A stretch of DNA of 51,506 nt, filler included, from Stramenopiles sp. TOSAG23-6 (taxonomy: Eukaryota): assembly GCA_900128565.1 (NCBI GenBank). It is 2 parts of 2 records of this genome, joined end to end, with 100 filler letters (N's around TTAATTAATTAA, not from the genome) between each part and the next. Parts side by side here need not be neighbours in the genome. Positions count along the whole stretch, not along the records: positions 1 to 25,704 come from LT635992.1; 1 more part is not named here. The stretch is one strand, 5' to 3'. Below are positions 11,442 through 22,532 of the stretch, piece by piece. The first letter of the stretch is position 1; each line of letters opens with the position of its first letter. Below the pieces are notes generated by a model. The model made no database searches. It was not told the origin of the DNA and worked only from the letters and a program-made list of their open reading frames with translations. The translations under genes were made by a program, and so were the position numbers.

Positions 11442-13459
11442 TTATAATTCTTTATCATTCATTCTTCTATCTTCAGGCATCGGGGAATACATTCGTAAGC
11501 CTTTGTTATCATTAATATTCAGAACCAATGTTTTTCTTCTATTTTTTGTAGCCTTTTCATTTTTAGTTTCCTCTTCAAAAATTGTATTTGCGGCTACAAC
11601 CATAGCGTTAGGCACTGTACCTGTCAGATTATTTTGATGTAAATCAATGACACGTAGCGTTTGAAGTTGACGAATATTTCCAATATGCTTTGGTATATTA
11701 CCTTGAAAGAAATTGGTCTGAAGGTATAACGATTCTAGATTGTATAGAAATCCAATTTCTTTGGGTAATTTGCCAGAAAACTGATTATTGTATAAACTTA
11801 ACCATTTCAACTTCTTTAATTTTCCAATATGAGCAGGTAAAGAAGAAGAAAAATTGTTATTTTGTAAAGCCAAATAAACTAAGTTTTCCAATTTACCTAT
11901 TGTAGGTGGCAAAGGACCATTAATCTTATTATTTGCCAAAGTCATTGTTCGGAGTGCGGTGAAGGCACCAAGAGGAAGTATTGTGAAAAAATATGTTACA
12001 TTTGAATTCTTTAGGTACAAAATTTTCAATGAAAAAAATAACTTTTACATTAAAGTGTATAACGTACAACAGTTGGTAAGTTTCCTTTCAGCCGATTATT
12101 AGATAAATCAATGCCAACAATTCTCCCTTCCTCGCACAATATTCCAGTCCAAATATATTATGAAAAAATATTTCAAAAAAAATCGTTAGGTACAAAATTT
12201 CGTACGAAACAAAAACGAATTTGAAAAAAAAATAAAACATACATATATCCTCGACTTTTATTAGCATATTTTGCAGTTGCAGCACCACCAGCATAACATG
12301 GATCTGAGTTACTTGCCATCCACCCTGAATTTGATATCCAATTTGGACCATCTAAAGCATAAAAAATTTCTAACAACGCTTTTTTTTCCTCGGGATGGCA
12401 CCGATTTCTATATCTGATTGCATCATCTATTTTTGGTAGTGTACCGGGCAAACTGTTTTCCTCTGGATTTGTAGCAGGGATAAGGAAATTGGACTGTGCA
12501 AATGCTTTGCCTGTACCTACTGCCGTCGTTGGAATTTCTTGACTGGGTGAAGCTGGTACAACTTCCCCCTTTTCTCTTTTTTCACGCCTCCACTCCGACA
12601 ACATGTTTAACGCTAATGCTTCTCCCCTATTACCTACAATTACAACATCCCGAGAGTCTTCTGCGCCATATCGGTAAATATTATAACCACCGTTGTCCCA
12701 CTTTACTCGCACCGCATATTTATCTCTAGCAACTTCACCACTCCACCAAGTCACTTCCATTACAATACCTTTTGGATACACAAACTGACCATCTTTTGAA
12801 AAATCGATACCTCCATCTTGATTGTCCCATTTCCAATCAGGTCCTCTGGTCACAGTACTACCAGCTTCGATGTCGTCATAATTATATTCCCTAGTTTGCA
12901 GATAAGCAAATATTGGGTTTTCTGGCGGTTGAAAAACGTCCAATCGTCTTTGTTGCATTAATACTCGGAGACGCTGTTGCTCCTGTTGTCGCAGGGTATG
13001 CGACTCCGCTGCAGCACCATGGTGAGCTACAGGACTAGTGAAACGTTCACTGTATTGTTCTTCTACGATATTTTCAGAAATTAAATTACCAACATTCGAA
13101 GTGCTTTCACTATCTTTATCGTTGGTTGGTGTCTGAATATCCAAAATATTCACAATATTATATTTACTCTTTTTGTTGTTTGTAGAGAGAGCATTTTCTT
13201 GCTCCCCAGGGAGCAAAGCATTATTCTCTGCATTTTTATGGGAACTTACTATAGTGGGATCTTGAAAGACAATCTCAGTAGGTTTCCCTTTCGGATACCA
13301 ATATGGTATATTATCTTCCAAACTACCCCTTACCCATTCTATGTCTTTTGAGATGGAAACTAAGTCATTTACAACTTCCAAGGGACTAGCTAGACATGTA
13401 GGGAGATAAGAAACTATACCGTGTCCAATGATGCTAAATAAAATAACTTTTAATCGCAT
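11442..13459 (-). CDS. Secreted protein: signal peptide + MIB/HERC2 domain + LRRNT + plant-type LRRs, spliced
   Basis: Exons 13459-12243, 12152-12068, 11975-11442; VTRGPDWKWDNQDGG...VRVKWDNG..NIYRYG; EKKALLEIF...W.G..C; LxxLxLxxNxFSGxLP repeats. Confidence 0.8.
11976..12067 (-). mobile_element. Introner-like intron, GT...TT, 92 nt
   Basis: TT|GTACGTT...TTTTGTACCTAAA...CACAATAC-TT|; gives LKGNLPTV|PLGAFTAL. Confidence 0.85.
12153..12242 (-). mobile_element. Introner-like intron, GT...AT, 90 nt
   Basis: AT|GTATGT...core...CATAATAT-AT|; restores GY-I-WTGILC of the LRRNT. Confidence 0.85.
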
Positions 13460-13667
13460 GGTTAAAAAATAACACAGTTCTCTTTTTACATCATATTATC
13501 TGAAATTGTCGCGACTCTAAAATGGTCTCGCTAAAGTGTAATTGTTGACATCAAATCGATAAAAAAAAAGCTTAAAAATTAAAAATGTAACTGCCGAATA
13601 TTTTTTGTACTTTATAATATTTTCATGTTACAAAATTAAGAAATTGAAAAAAACCCTCAGAAGAATG

Positions 13668-14582
13668 TTAAATAATTGCTTCTGGTTGTTCTTCCAGATA
13701 TAAGTCAACGACAATAGGTTCAACTAGAGGCACTGATGTACAAAAGCCATGATGTGAGCAACGAATACAGCCACTTTTTGATACGCAATCTTCATTAGAA
13801 AAACATTTTGGCCCTTTTTTATTTTTTACACAAATCTTTTTAGATGGGTGTTTAGGGTTAGGGTTAGGTGTTGAGTTGGCTTTTTTAATGAAAACTTTTT
13901 CTTCTGCGTCGCAACTATTTCCTTCAGGAGAGTCGACGGAAATATCACAACTCACTCGTTTTAACTGCATGTCATAGCACACACCAACTTCGGAGAGATA
14001 CTGTGTGGAGTCATCAAATTTACAGCCCATAGTTACCCGGAAACCTGTTCCTGCTTCAAATACGGTGGAAAGTGCGTCTAAAGAATAGCTTTTACCAACA
14101 ACAATTTCATTTTTGACCATTAATTGTTTGAGGTTTGCTTCTGAACGTAATTTTAGAGCAGTGGAGAAATAGTCAAGTTCACTTTTGATACTAGGAAGAT
14201 TTTCATAAAGAGCGCAAGTACCGTGTTTAGTCCATTCGTGACTCCAGAAACCAGAGTTTGAATGAATTGGCAACGTTGAAAAAGATGGCCAGTATTCCTC
14301 CATATCATGCATGATTGGTTTTAATTTACTTACATTAAATGGATCATTCTCACAATTACACGGGTAACTCTTCACTCTCTTGCCCTCCCTCGAAGGCCAG
14401 AGACCGTGCAAAGTAAAGTGAGCAATGTTTTGTGAAAATGCGGGTGGGTACTGCATCACAAGTTCGAAATAGTTAAATGATTTGTCATCGGAAGTGCAAC
14501 CATGTGGAAAGCCTGAGCGTAAACTAATCCCATTTACTGAAGCTGCACAAAGCACAAAAACAATTGAAATGAGCGAAGTCAT
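13668..14582 (-). CDS. Ribonuclease T2 family, secreted, with small Cys-rich C-terminal module
   Basis: CAS I FTLHGLWP and CAS II FWSHEWTKHGTC; signal peptide from ATG 14582. Confidence 0.93.
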   Translation of the reverse strand: MTSLISIVFVLCAASVNGISLRSGFPHGCTSDDKSFNYFELVMQYPPAFSQNIAHFTLHGLWPSREGKRVKSYPCNCENDPFNVSKLKPIMHDMEEYWPSFSTLPIHSNSGFWSHEWTKHGTCALYENLPSIKSELDYFSTALKLRSEANLKQLMVKNEIVVGKSYSLDALSTVFEAGTGFRVTMGCKFDDSTQYLSEVGVCYDMQLKRVSCDISVDSPEGNSCDAEEKVFIKKANSTPNPNPKHPSKKICVKNKKGPKCFSNEDCVSKSGCIRCSHHGFCTSVPLVEPIVVDLYLEEQPEAII

Positions 14583-14947
14583 TCGTTCCTTATTTTTTGT
14601 AATATTCTTGTTCTTGTCGAAAAAACGTTTGTGTTTAATTAATCGTCGTTCAATCGCGTGGACAAGAAAATTGCCGCCAAATGAATTTTGTACCTTTGAA
14701 TTTTGTTTTGGCGGCAAATTTCGGACTATTTTTTATTATATTCGGTTTTCGTGTTCTTCAGTCAAAAAAAAAGATATTTTTATGTCAACATCATCATGAC
14801 ATGCATGTCCTATAAAGCATAAAGAACCAAGTGTAGTTTCTTACAAAGGAATATTATAGTGATGAAATCGACGAGTTTCTTGTGAATGGACTCATTTTGA
14901 TGTATTGATTATGTTTTTTATTGTTTTTAAATTGGTTTGTTTACAAA

Positions 14948-16124
14948 ATGCCACCAACAACTAGATCTCAAGTGCTAAAGCAGCTCAGTGAACGGATTGA
15001 GGAAATTTCAGATCACAATGATAGAAACTGTCGTGTTTTGCATAATACCCGCACAATCATTGCTGGAATTACATCTGAATTAGAAAAAGCTAATAGTAAG
15101 TATAATAGTACTGAGCGAAGTAAAACTCGCGCGCGTGGATACCGGGGAAACTATGACACTCGGTACCAAAAGCGGACAAAGTATAACACAGGTCATGGAA
15201 GAGGTCGGGGAAAAGGACGTGGGAGAGGTCGGGGAAGAGGTCGTGGGAGAGGACGTGGAAGAGGACGTGGTAGAGGTACTGGAAGATATACTGGAAGAGG
15301 GTGTGCTAGAACGCACCGAGGATCTAGTGGTAGTTGTAATTCGGTGAAAAATCCGAGGAAAATAGGAAATACTGGAAATTTAGTCTGGATTGCACCAAAA
15401 AAAGGCAGTCGTACTTCTCCAACTGATTTTAATAATAGTTTTATAGAAAAAAAAAAAAAAAACGCAACAATATTGTACATTTTACTGCCGATATGGTCGT
15501 TGTGCTAAAGCGGGTAAGTGTGAATTTATACACGATGCCGCAAAAGTTGTACGTTTTCATTTCAACTTCAATTATTTTTTCATACGAAATTTTGTACCTA
15601 ACAAATTTAAGTTTTTTTTTTTTGAAATATTTCTTTACAATACTTGCAGTTTGTAAAAAATTTTTGAGAGGTAGTTGCAAAGATAAGAATTGTCTATTAT
15701 CTCATAAAATATCTCCAGAGAAAATGCCTGTTTGTATATTTTATCTCTCTGGGGTATGCCCTAAAGGCAAGTCAAAATGTCCATATTCGCATGTGAGGGT
15801 AAATCCTAGTGCTCCCATCTGTGTAGATTTTAATAATGCCGGTGGTTGTCGATTAGGTGTTGTACGTTTTATTTTTTTTTTTAGTAAATATTTTTTTTTC
15901 ATACGAAATTTTGTACCTAACGAATTAAATTTTTTTTTTTTTTCACAATACATTTGTGCCCTCATCGACATATAGTACAGTCAAAAAAGCGACAAATTCA
16001 AAATAAATCTAATGGAAACCGTCTTTCAAATAACCCTAACAAACGTATGAAAACTGAAACAAGCACAAGTTGGGATATAAAAATAGATGATAGTATGAAA
16101 GTTCGACCACAATTCGCAAGATGA
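14948..16124 (+). CDS. CCCH zinc-finger protein (ZC3H3-like) with RG repeat, spliced; apparent 1-nt frameshift in an A16 run
   Basis: Tandem CCCH fingers YCTFYCRYGRC...HDAAKV|AVCKKFLRGSC...KMPVC...CPYSHV...CRLGV|LCPHRH; introns 15549-15645 and 15862-15953; poly-A at 15447-15462. Confidence 0.8.
15195..15300 (+). repeat. (Gly-Arg)n coding repeat
   Basis: GRGRGKGRGRGRGRGRGRGRGRGRG. Confidence 0.9.
15549..15645 (+). mobile_element. Introner-like intron, GT...TT, 97 nt
   Basis: TT|GTACGTTTTC...TACAATAC-TT|; restores HD..KV|AVC. Confidence 0.9.
15862..15953 (+). mobile_element. Introner-like intron, GT...AT, 92 nt
   Basis: Removal restores C-x5-C-x3-H spacing (CRLGV|LCPHRH). Confidence 0.9.
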
Positions 16125-16644
16125 ATTATTATCATAAATATAACCCTAACCCTAATTCGCAAGAAATTGTTATCATAAATAATAAATTGAACACTACAAT
16201 GATTACACACCATTTTTCTTTTTCTGGAATACTACAAAAACAAAAAACATAAAGATTCAACAGATACATGAAAGAAACATAAACATGCCTGAGTGAAGTA
16301 AATCCGGTCATCGAAAAAAAAGATGGAAAATAAAAATGTCAAAGAGAAAATTAAAAGTTTATAGACAACGACTTCGAATTTCAATGGAGACTACTACAAT
16401 CATCTACTAAATTACTGTTGAATGTATACGCATAATAAGATTCCTTACCAGAAAAATGTACAGAATGGTTGTACAGAAAATTGTACAGAATAACAATATA
16501 TGTGTACTACAACATGTATCAAAAGAACGATAAAATATAAATAAAAATTGACGATCTCAACAGTGCATCATTATGCATGATTCCTGAACTTCCACTACTT
16601 GTTGTTCCAGCGATTAATGTTTGTACAATTTGGAATATGATCAA

Positions 16645-17256
16645 TTAGTCAACGTAATCAAAATCTGCGTCCATTCCTATGTATTTGTCAATCTCTTTCG
16701 ATGTCCTGTTGAACTTCTTGATTATAAATGACTTTATCGCCCAGCAGTTATCTGTCCAGCGATTCACTGATTCTTTCGCAATTATACTTTGTTGTTTTAA
16801 CTCTAACAAGACACTTGGGTCATTCAATTGAAGAATTTGAAGATCCTTTTCCAGTGATATTTTTTTTGACTTTAGTTTAGCCCACTCTTGTAATGATTCC
16901 TTTCTCTCATTTGTGTCTCCTCGTTGCAGGCGAAGTGTTTCTACTTTAGCAGTGAGTGTTTCTATATCACTCTGTACACTAGCAATTGAAGTTTTAAAGT
17001 TACTGATCTTGGATGTCTTTGTTACAGTCACAGCCGAAGGGAAGGACCAAAAAATATTCTGAGAACCTACCTTATCTTGATTTACATTATTATCATCGAC
17101 AAGACTCTGCAATACTTCTTTAATGGTCTGTGTAACAATGCCCGCTTTGCTTCCTTTCTTTTCCAACTCCTTGAGATTAAACACCGTATTCTCCTCCCGA
17201 ATTATCCGCAAAAGGCGAGCCTTCTTCTCATCAAAAGATAGACCTTTGCGTCCCAT
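16645..17256 (-). CDS. MND1: Meiotic nuclear division protein 1
   Basis: KGLSFDEKK...VFNLKELEK...IKEVLQSLVDD...KVGSQNIFWSFPS...NRWTDN; 203 aa, intronless. Confidence 0.93.
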   Translation of the reverse strand: MGRKGLSFDEKKARLLRIIREENTVFNLKELEKKGSKAGIVTQTIKEVLQSLVDDNNVNQDKVGSQNIFWSFPSAVTVTKTSKISNFKTSIASVQSDIETLTAKVETLRLQRGDTNERKESLQEWAKLKSKKISLEKDLQILQLNDPSVLLELKQQSIIAKESVNRWTDNCWAIKSFIIKKFNRTSKEIDKYIGMDADFDYVD

Positions 17257-17695
17257 AGCAATGCGTTATACTCGTGCCGATTATAATATTTTAGATTTCA
17301 TGGACAATTATAAAAGATTATTTTGTGAATCGCACACCAAACCTTGAGACGTCGGCGAAGTAAAAAAACAACAATTATTTTGGAAAATTGATGTTTGAAA
17401 ATTTGATTTCATTTCAAGCGTTTTTGAAATTTTTCGTCAAGACGTTTAAGTACGAAAAAAATAGTACGGAATGGAATATCACAATGCAACACTAAATGGA
17501 CACATTTAGCGACATTTTGTAGAAAAACACTAAAAAAATGGTAAAAACAGGATATTAATACATTCACTACATAAAAAGAATCATTTGGAGTAAAAAGTTT
17601 AACGATACAAATCAAGTCATGTTATGTTAACCTCATAAATCTCATAAATCATAACTACTAAAAAAAAAAAGCACATTTTTTTTTAGGTTTAGCTT

Positions 17696-18451
17696 CTACA
17701 TAATTACTGCAGCAACAAATAGGACTATCATGGAAACTGTAGCAGAAATATATCTTGTAGAGCCTGTATTTTGCTTCTTTGGATTTCGCTTCTTTTCAGC
17801 AACAGTATCTCCACCATCACCAGTATCTCCACCACCACCAGTATCTCCACCACCACCAGTATCTCCACCGCCACCAGTATCTCCACCATCACCAGTATCT
17901 CCACCTCCACCAGTATCTCCACCACCAGTATTCCCACCAACATGAGCACTAGCAACAAGAGCATTAGCTGGACGCAGCTGTGCTTGAACTGTGTTTTCTT
18001 TTTTCGCTTTTGCTTCTGGTTCTTGTCGAACAGCTTTTAAACTTTTTTCAATCGACGGTTGTATATTCTGATCTAAACGCTTCCGTGCTTTTTTTTGAAG
18101 TTCTTTTGTGTCTTCTGCTGCACCAATATAGGATAATAAAATATTTTCAATCGTCTCTTCTTTTCGTGGTGTTTTGACATTAAAAGCGAACTCTGTTCCT
18201 CCATTAAAAAAATCTGGAAAAACTTGAATTCCTTCTTCTCCATTCTGTATCTCCTCTCCTCTACTTCTTGCAAATTTTGTGATGTTTTTTTTTTCTTTAC
18301 TATAATCCTTTGTATGGTCAAATTCAATATCATCCCTCGTTGTAGAGATATTTTCAGCCAATGACAAAGGGGCGCTCTGTGTGGCTTTGACATGATGAAA
18401 CATTGTGTGCAATAGACCACTTAAAAGAATTACGCTTTGAATAGATATCAT
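17696..18451 (-). CDS. Putative surface protein (signal peptide, GGGDTG repeats, hydrophobic C-terminus/GPI-like)
   Basis: N-terminal hydrophobic stretch; C-terminal ISATVSMIVLFVAAVIM. Confidence 0.6.
   Translation of the reverse strand: MISIQSVILLSGLLHTMFHHVKATQSAPLSLAENISTTRDDIEFDHTKDYSKEKKNITKFARSRGEEIQNGEEGIQVFPDFFNGGTEFAFNVKTPRKEETIENILLSYIGAAEDTKELQKKARKRLDQNIQPSIEKSLKAVRQEPEAKAKKENTVQAQLRPANALVASAHVGGNTGGGDTGGGGDTGDGGDTGGGGDTGGGGDTGGGGDTGDGGDTVAEKKRNPKKQNTGSTRYISATVSMIVLFVAAVIM
17803..17930. repeat. 18-bp tandem repeat (CCAGTATCTCCACCRYCW), about 7 copies
   Basis: Encodes (GGGDTG/DGGDTG)n on the minus strand. Confidence 0.9.
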
Positions 18452-18715
18452 TTTCTTGAGTATCTTGCTTTGTTCGGTTTTGTGTATTCGCTTTGTGGTT
18501 TTCTTCTGACCGGAACGACGAATATTTTCAAAATTTTAACGTATAATACAAATTTGAACGCGGTATGTATCCCGGTTCTTCGTCTTTTCTTCATTATTGT
18601 GTTGAAAAGTTCCAAAAGTTCCTCTCAAGTTCGTCGCTGTGTTCCATCACTGTTCCGCAATTAATTCGAAATATTGACTGAAAATATAGTTGTCCAATGA
18701 TAATAGAAACTCCCC

Positions 18716-20050
18716 ATGGCAGATGAAAATCGGTTAACTACCGAGTTTCCTGGAACTTCTGGGAAGTTAAAATTACTTCACCTAAACATATTTCTGAGAA
18801 CTCCTTCTTTTATTTTGAGAGACCATCAAGAGANTCGATTTCAGTGGTTCTGTCGAAATGTAATAGACAGTTGTGAGTATGACGTTATTGCTCTGCAAGA
18901 ATGTTTCGGAACTTTTACCACTCGTAGACGCCGGCTTGTAAAGAGAGCTTGTAAACTTGGCTATTCTGCTGTTGTATCTCCTAGAGGATGTTGCAAAGTT
19001 GTCGACGGGGGTATAATGATCTTATCTCGGTACCCCATAGAGGAAAGTGCGTATCATATTTTTAGGTCAGGTGTCGGCATTGATCGTATTGCTTCTAAAG
19101 GTGTCGCATATGCTCGTATTGTGCTAGACAATGGTCGCAGAATACACCTATGTGTTACGCACCTACAGTCTTCCTATACCCTTTGGCCCTCTGATGCTAC
19201 AGTGAAAGCTCGAGAAATGCAAGTTGCAGAACTCGCCGATTTTTTGCAGTCGAAAATGCTTGACTCTCCTACAAATTGGCCTTTGTTAATTTCTGGAGAC
19301 TTAAACATGGATGCTTTCTTGCAAAAAGGTAGAGACGAACTAACATTGGCACATAAGGTGTTAAATAATGCTATTCCACAACAATCCGATACAGAAAATC
19401 AAAAAAGAAAATTAATTCATGTACTTTTTCATCATTCACTTCAAATTAAAAAAAAAAAATTTCATAGAAAATTTTGTACCTAACGATTTTTTTCGAAATA
19501 TTTTTTCACAAAATATGCAGGACTTTCTTTTTTTGGAAAACATATTCCTACGACTTTACCCTTTTTATTTAAACGAAGTGCACTTGGCGAAGAAATGATA
19601 GGTACTACTGCAATATTTAGAACAGACCCAGTGCCTATTGAAGATGGCGATTATGTATTATCTTGCTGTAGAGAAGAAATCCAGGAACAAAAAACTCCTT
19701 TTGAGGAGAAAACTCTGAAAACAGGAAAAATAGCATCGGATATTCCTCAACAAAAAACACTTACGCGACCTCGCATGTTATCGCGTGAGTTGACTGAAAC
19801 TCAACTTAGTCCAAAATCAAAGCACTATGGAACTGATACTGATTCATTAATGATTTCAGAAAATCAATTTTATGCTCAAATGGCTCTAGATCATATTTTT
19901 TTCGAAGAGGTAGGCCTTTCATTAACCAAGATGAAACTTGAAAAGTTTTTTGCTGAACCTGTCACTGACTCATCAAATAAGTTGAAAGAATTCCCATTTA
20001 GACAGTTATCAGATCATCATGGACTTGTTCTTGAATTTGATGTCACTTAA
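18716..20050 (+). CDS. EEP-superfamily phosphodiesterase, neutral sphingomyelinase-like, spliced
   Basis: YDVIALQECF, DGGIMILSRYPI, ASKGV, THLQS, GDLN, LDHIF, LSDH; intron 19421-19516. Confidence 0.85.
19421..19516 (+). mobile_element. Introner-like intron, GT...AT, 96 nt
   Basis: AT|GTACTTTT...TTTTGTACCTAAC...CACAAAAT-AT|; joins LIH|AGLSFFG in frame with ORF 19595. Confidence 0.8.
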
Positions 20051-20403
20051 AGTTTTTATAAAAAAATTATCAGAAACAGTTTTTGACTTCCACAAATCTT
20101 TATTGGATATTTTTTCAATTAACTTTGCCATCTTTAAGTAACAAATGTTGGTTTTCACTTGCTACTTTTATTTTAAAAGAAATAAATTTAACCGATACAT
20201 ACGTTAAATCGGAATTAACGGTTTCGTTTCGAGGACCTGCCTGGTATAAATAATAATAATATAATATAACACAATGGCTACGTCGTATACGTACATATTA
20301 TAAAGGAAGGGAACAATTTTCTTGTTGTGAATTAGATATGAACCTATCCTCTAATATAGTGTACACTTAAATATCGCTTTGCTTTATACAAAGGTTGACG
20401 TAA

Positions 20404-22363
20404 ATGTCTTCATCATTCGATGATAGGTCTGAAGGTCCAAAATGGCGTGAGATACGTCAAGGGGACGGCGGTCGTGTTGTCTACATGAATACTGAAACTG
20501 AGGAGATATCTTTAGAAAGACCAGAGGAAATGATTGATACAGAACCAAAACATGGCGATGAAGGTGATTGCATGGAAGCCCCTCCAGAAAATTTCAATTG
20601 GGAAAAGTTTCGATATAAACCACCAGTTGGTTTTGAGCATGTACCATTTGAAGCCCGACCCCTTGAGGTCCTTCAACCAACCGGTGAAAAGACGTTAATG
20701 TACAAAGGTGAAACAATTTCTTCTGCTTGCTACAAAAGGGATCCATACAAATTGAATATTCTTTTGGCATTTGGAGGAGATTTGAACTTTAAAGATGAAT
20801 ATGGTCAAACTGCTTTACACATGTATGTTTTATTTTTTTGAAAATTTGATTGTTTTTTTTTCGTACGAAATTTTGTACCTAACAAATATTTTTAGATTTT
20901 TTTTAAATATTTTTCCAGAATACATAGCAGCTTCAGCAGGGGCAACGAACGCAGTGAAGATGCTCATTGAAAAAGGTGCTGATTTAAATGTCCAAGATGA
21001 ATTTCGGAATACCCCACTCCACTGTGCTGCTGATGTTGGGTCTATCGGATGTTGTAAAGCTCTAGTTTTTGCGGAGGCTGATTTGCTTATTCGAAGTCCC
21101 TATGCAGGTCCTCAAATGTGTAATGTCGGTGCTCGAGGTGGTACGGCGGCTGACCTAGCTAAATCTAAAGGATTTCGTACCCTTTTTAAGTTTCTAAAGT
21201 CTCAAGAAGAGAAACTTTCAGAAATCGCAAATGCGGAAAAGAATGCACGAGATGCCGTTCGTGCAGCCAATGACCCTGTCTTTAAGTTAAAATTAATCAT
21301 TGAAAAATGTATTGAATTAGGCGAAGCCTCTGCCGATAAAACTACTTTTGATACATGTCTCTTAAACATTGAAGAGCGAAGCTGGGAAGGATACGATGTG
21401 GAACATTATATAAAGCTATGGTCACGACGACTACAGGAATGTAAGGATGATTTAGAAATGGATGAATTGGACGAAGAGGCCGCGGAGGAAGAGGCGCGAA
21501 GAGCAGCAATGTGTCGCACAGAAAATTGTGATTCGCCAATATACATGGTGCAGCCGAATGGATTTTGTACAAAATGTAATTTAAAAAAAACTCAAGAGGG
21601 TACAAAAGTATTGACTTCTAAAGAAGCCATCGCTTCTGCATTTACTGTATCCACACAGGCTTCCTTGGCGGCTTCTGTAGCCATGAATGAAGCTGTAGCA
21701 GCGCCTTGGATAGCCACAAGGGGATTTCTGTTGATACATTATATCAAGACAAGTACAAGTGGTCTTTCTGAGGATGACTATCGAAAAATTGTCTTTGAAG
21801 AAATGTCAAAGAAAGAAGTCCTAGCCGCATGTCAAAAGGAAGGTGTTACAACACACATCTCAATTATGAGATCATCTGGTTTTTCCGTCGAAGATGAAAA
21901 TGATGGTATTGATCTTACTATTAGTGAGAGTTCAATGTTTGATAGAGCAGAAATGGAAAATAAAGCCGAAAAGCGCAAAATAGAGATTGAGGTTTCAAAA
22001 TGGAAAAAAAGAGTAGAACCAAGATCCAATCGCGTATACTGGATTCATTCAGATAGTGGCAAAAGAACATGGAAAGATCCAAGAATAGAAATAGAAGATA
22101 GAATGATGGCTGAACGTGAAGCATCGAAAATAGCTAAAGAAAAATCAAATTCAACGAAAGCTAACTGGGAGTTGTCAGATGATGATAATGACGAAAATGG
22201 TGCAGGGTTCAATCTCATGAAAGCAAGGCGAAAAGCCCTTTTAGAATGTTATCTCGCTGATGCTGACGCGGATGTAGACCCAATGGATTTTAGAGATATG
22301 ATTACAGAAATGAATGACGAAGAAGTTCAAGAAGCATGCGAAGAAGAAGATTTGGATATTTAA
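20404..22363 (+). CDS. WW-like + ankyrin-repeat protein with Cys4 finger-like motif, spliced
   Basis: WREIRQGDGGRVVYMN, YGQTALH-I-AASAG, NTPLHCAA, CRTENC...FCTKC, WKKRVEPRSNRVYW...TWKDP. Confidence 0.75.
20823..20925 (+). mobile_element. Introner-like intron, GT...AT, 103 nt
   Basis: Restores ankyrin consensus TALHIAA; nearby AGs all give frameshifts. Confidence 0.9.
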
Positions 22364-22532
22364 ATAAAAACATTAATATTTTGATCAATTGCACAGAATA
22401 AAATATTTTACAATCATTTNTTGTTTTCCAACACGAACAAAGTTGTTTCTATACATAAACATAAACTGTATCCACATTTCGCACCTAAAACAATTCAACT
22501 TTTCTGAGTGTCAACGCCTCTGATATCACCTT

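Noticed and set aside
15447-15462. Programmed frameshift in the ZC3H3-like gene
   Set aside because: An A16 homopolymer one base off frame is more simply a sequencing or assembly error
16448-16490. Short TGTACAGAA tandem repeats
   Set aside because: Low-copy simple repeat in an intergenic region; does not match the introner consensus
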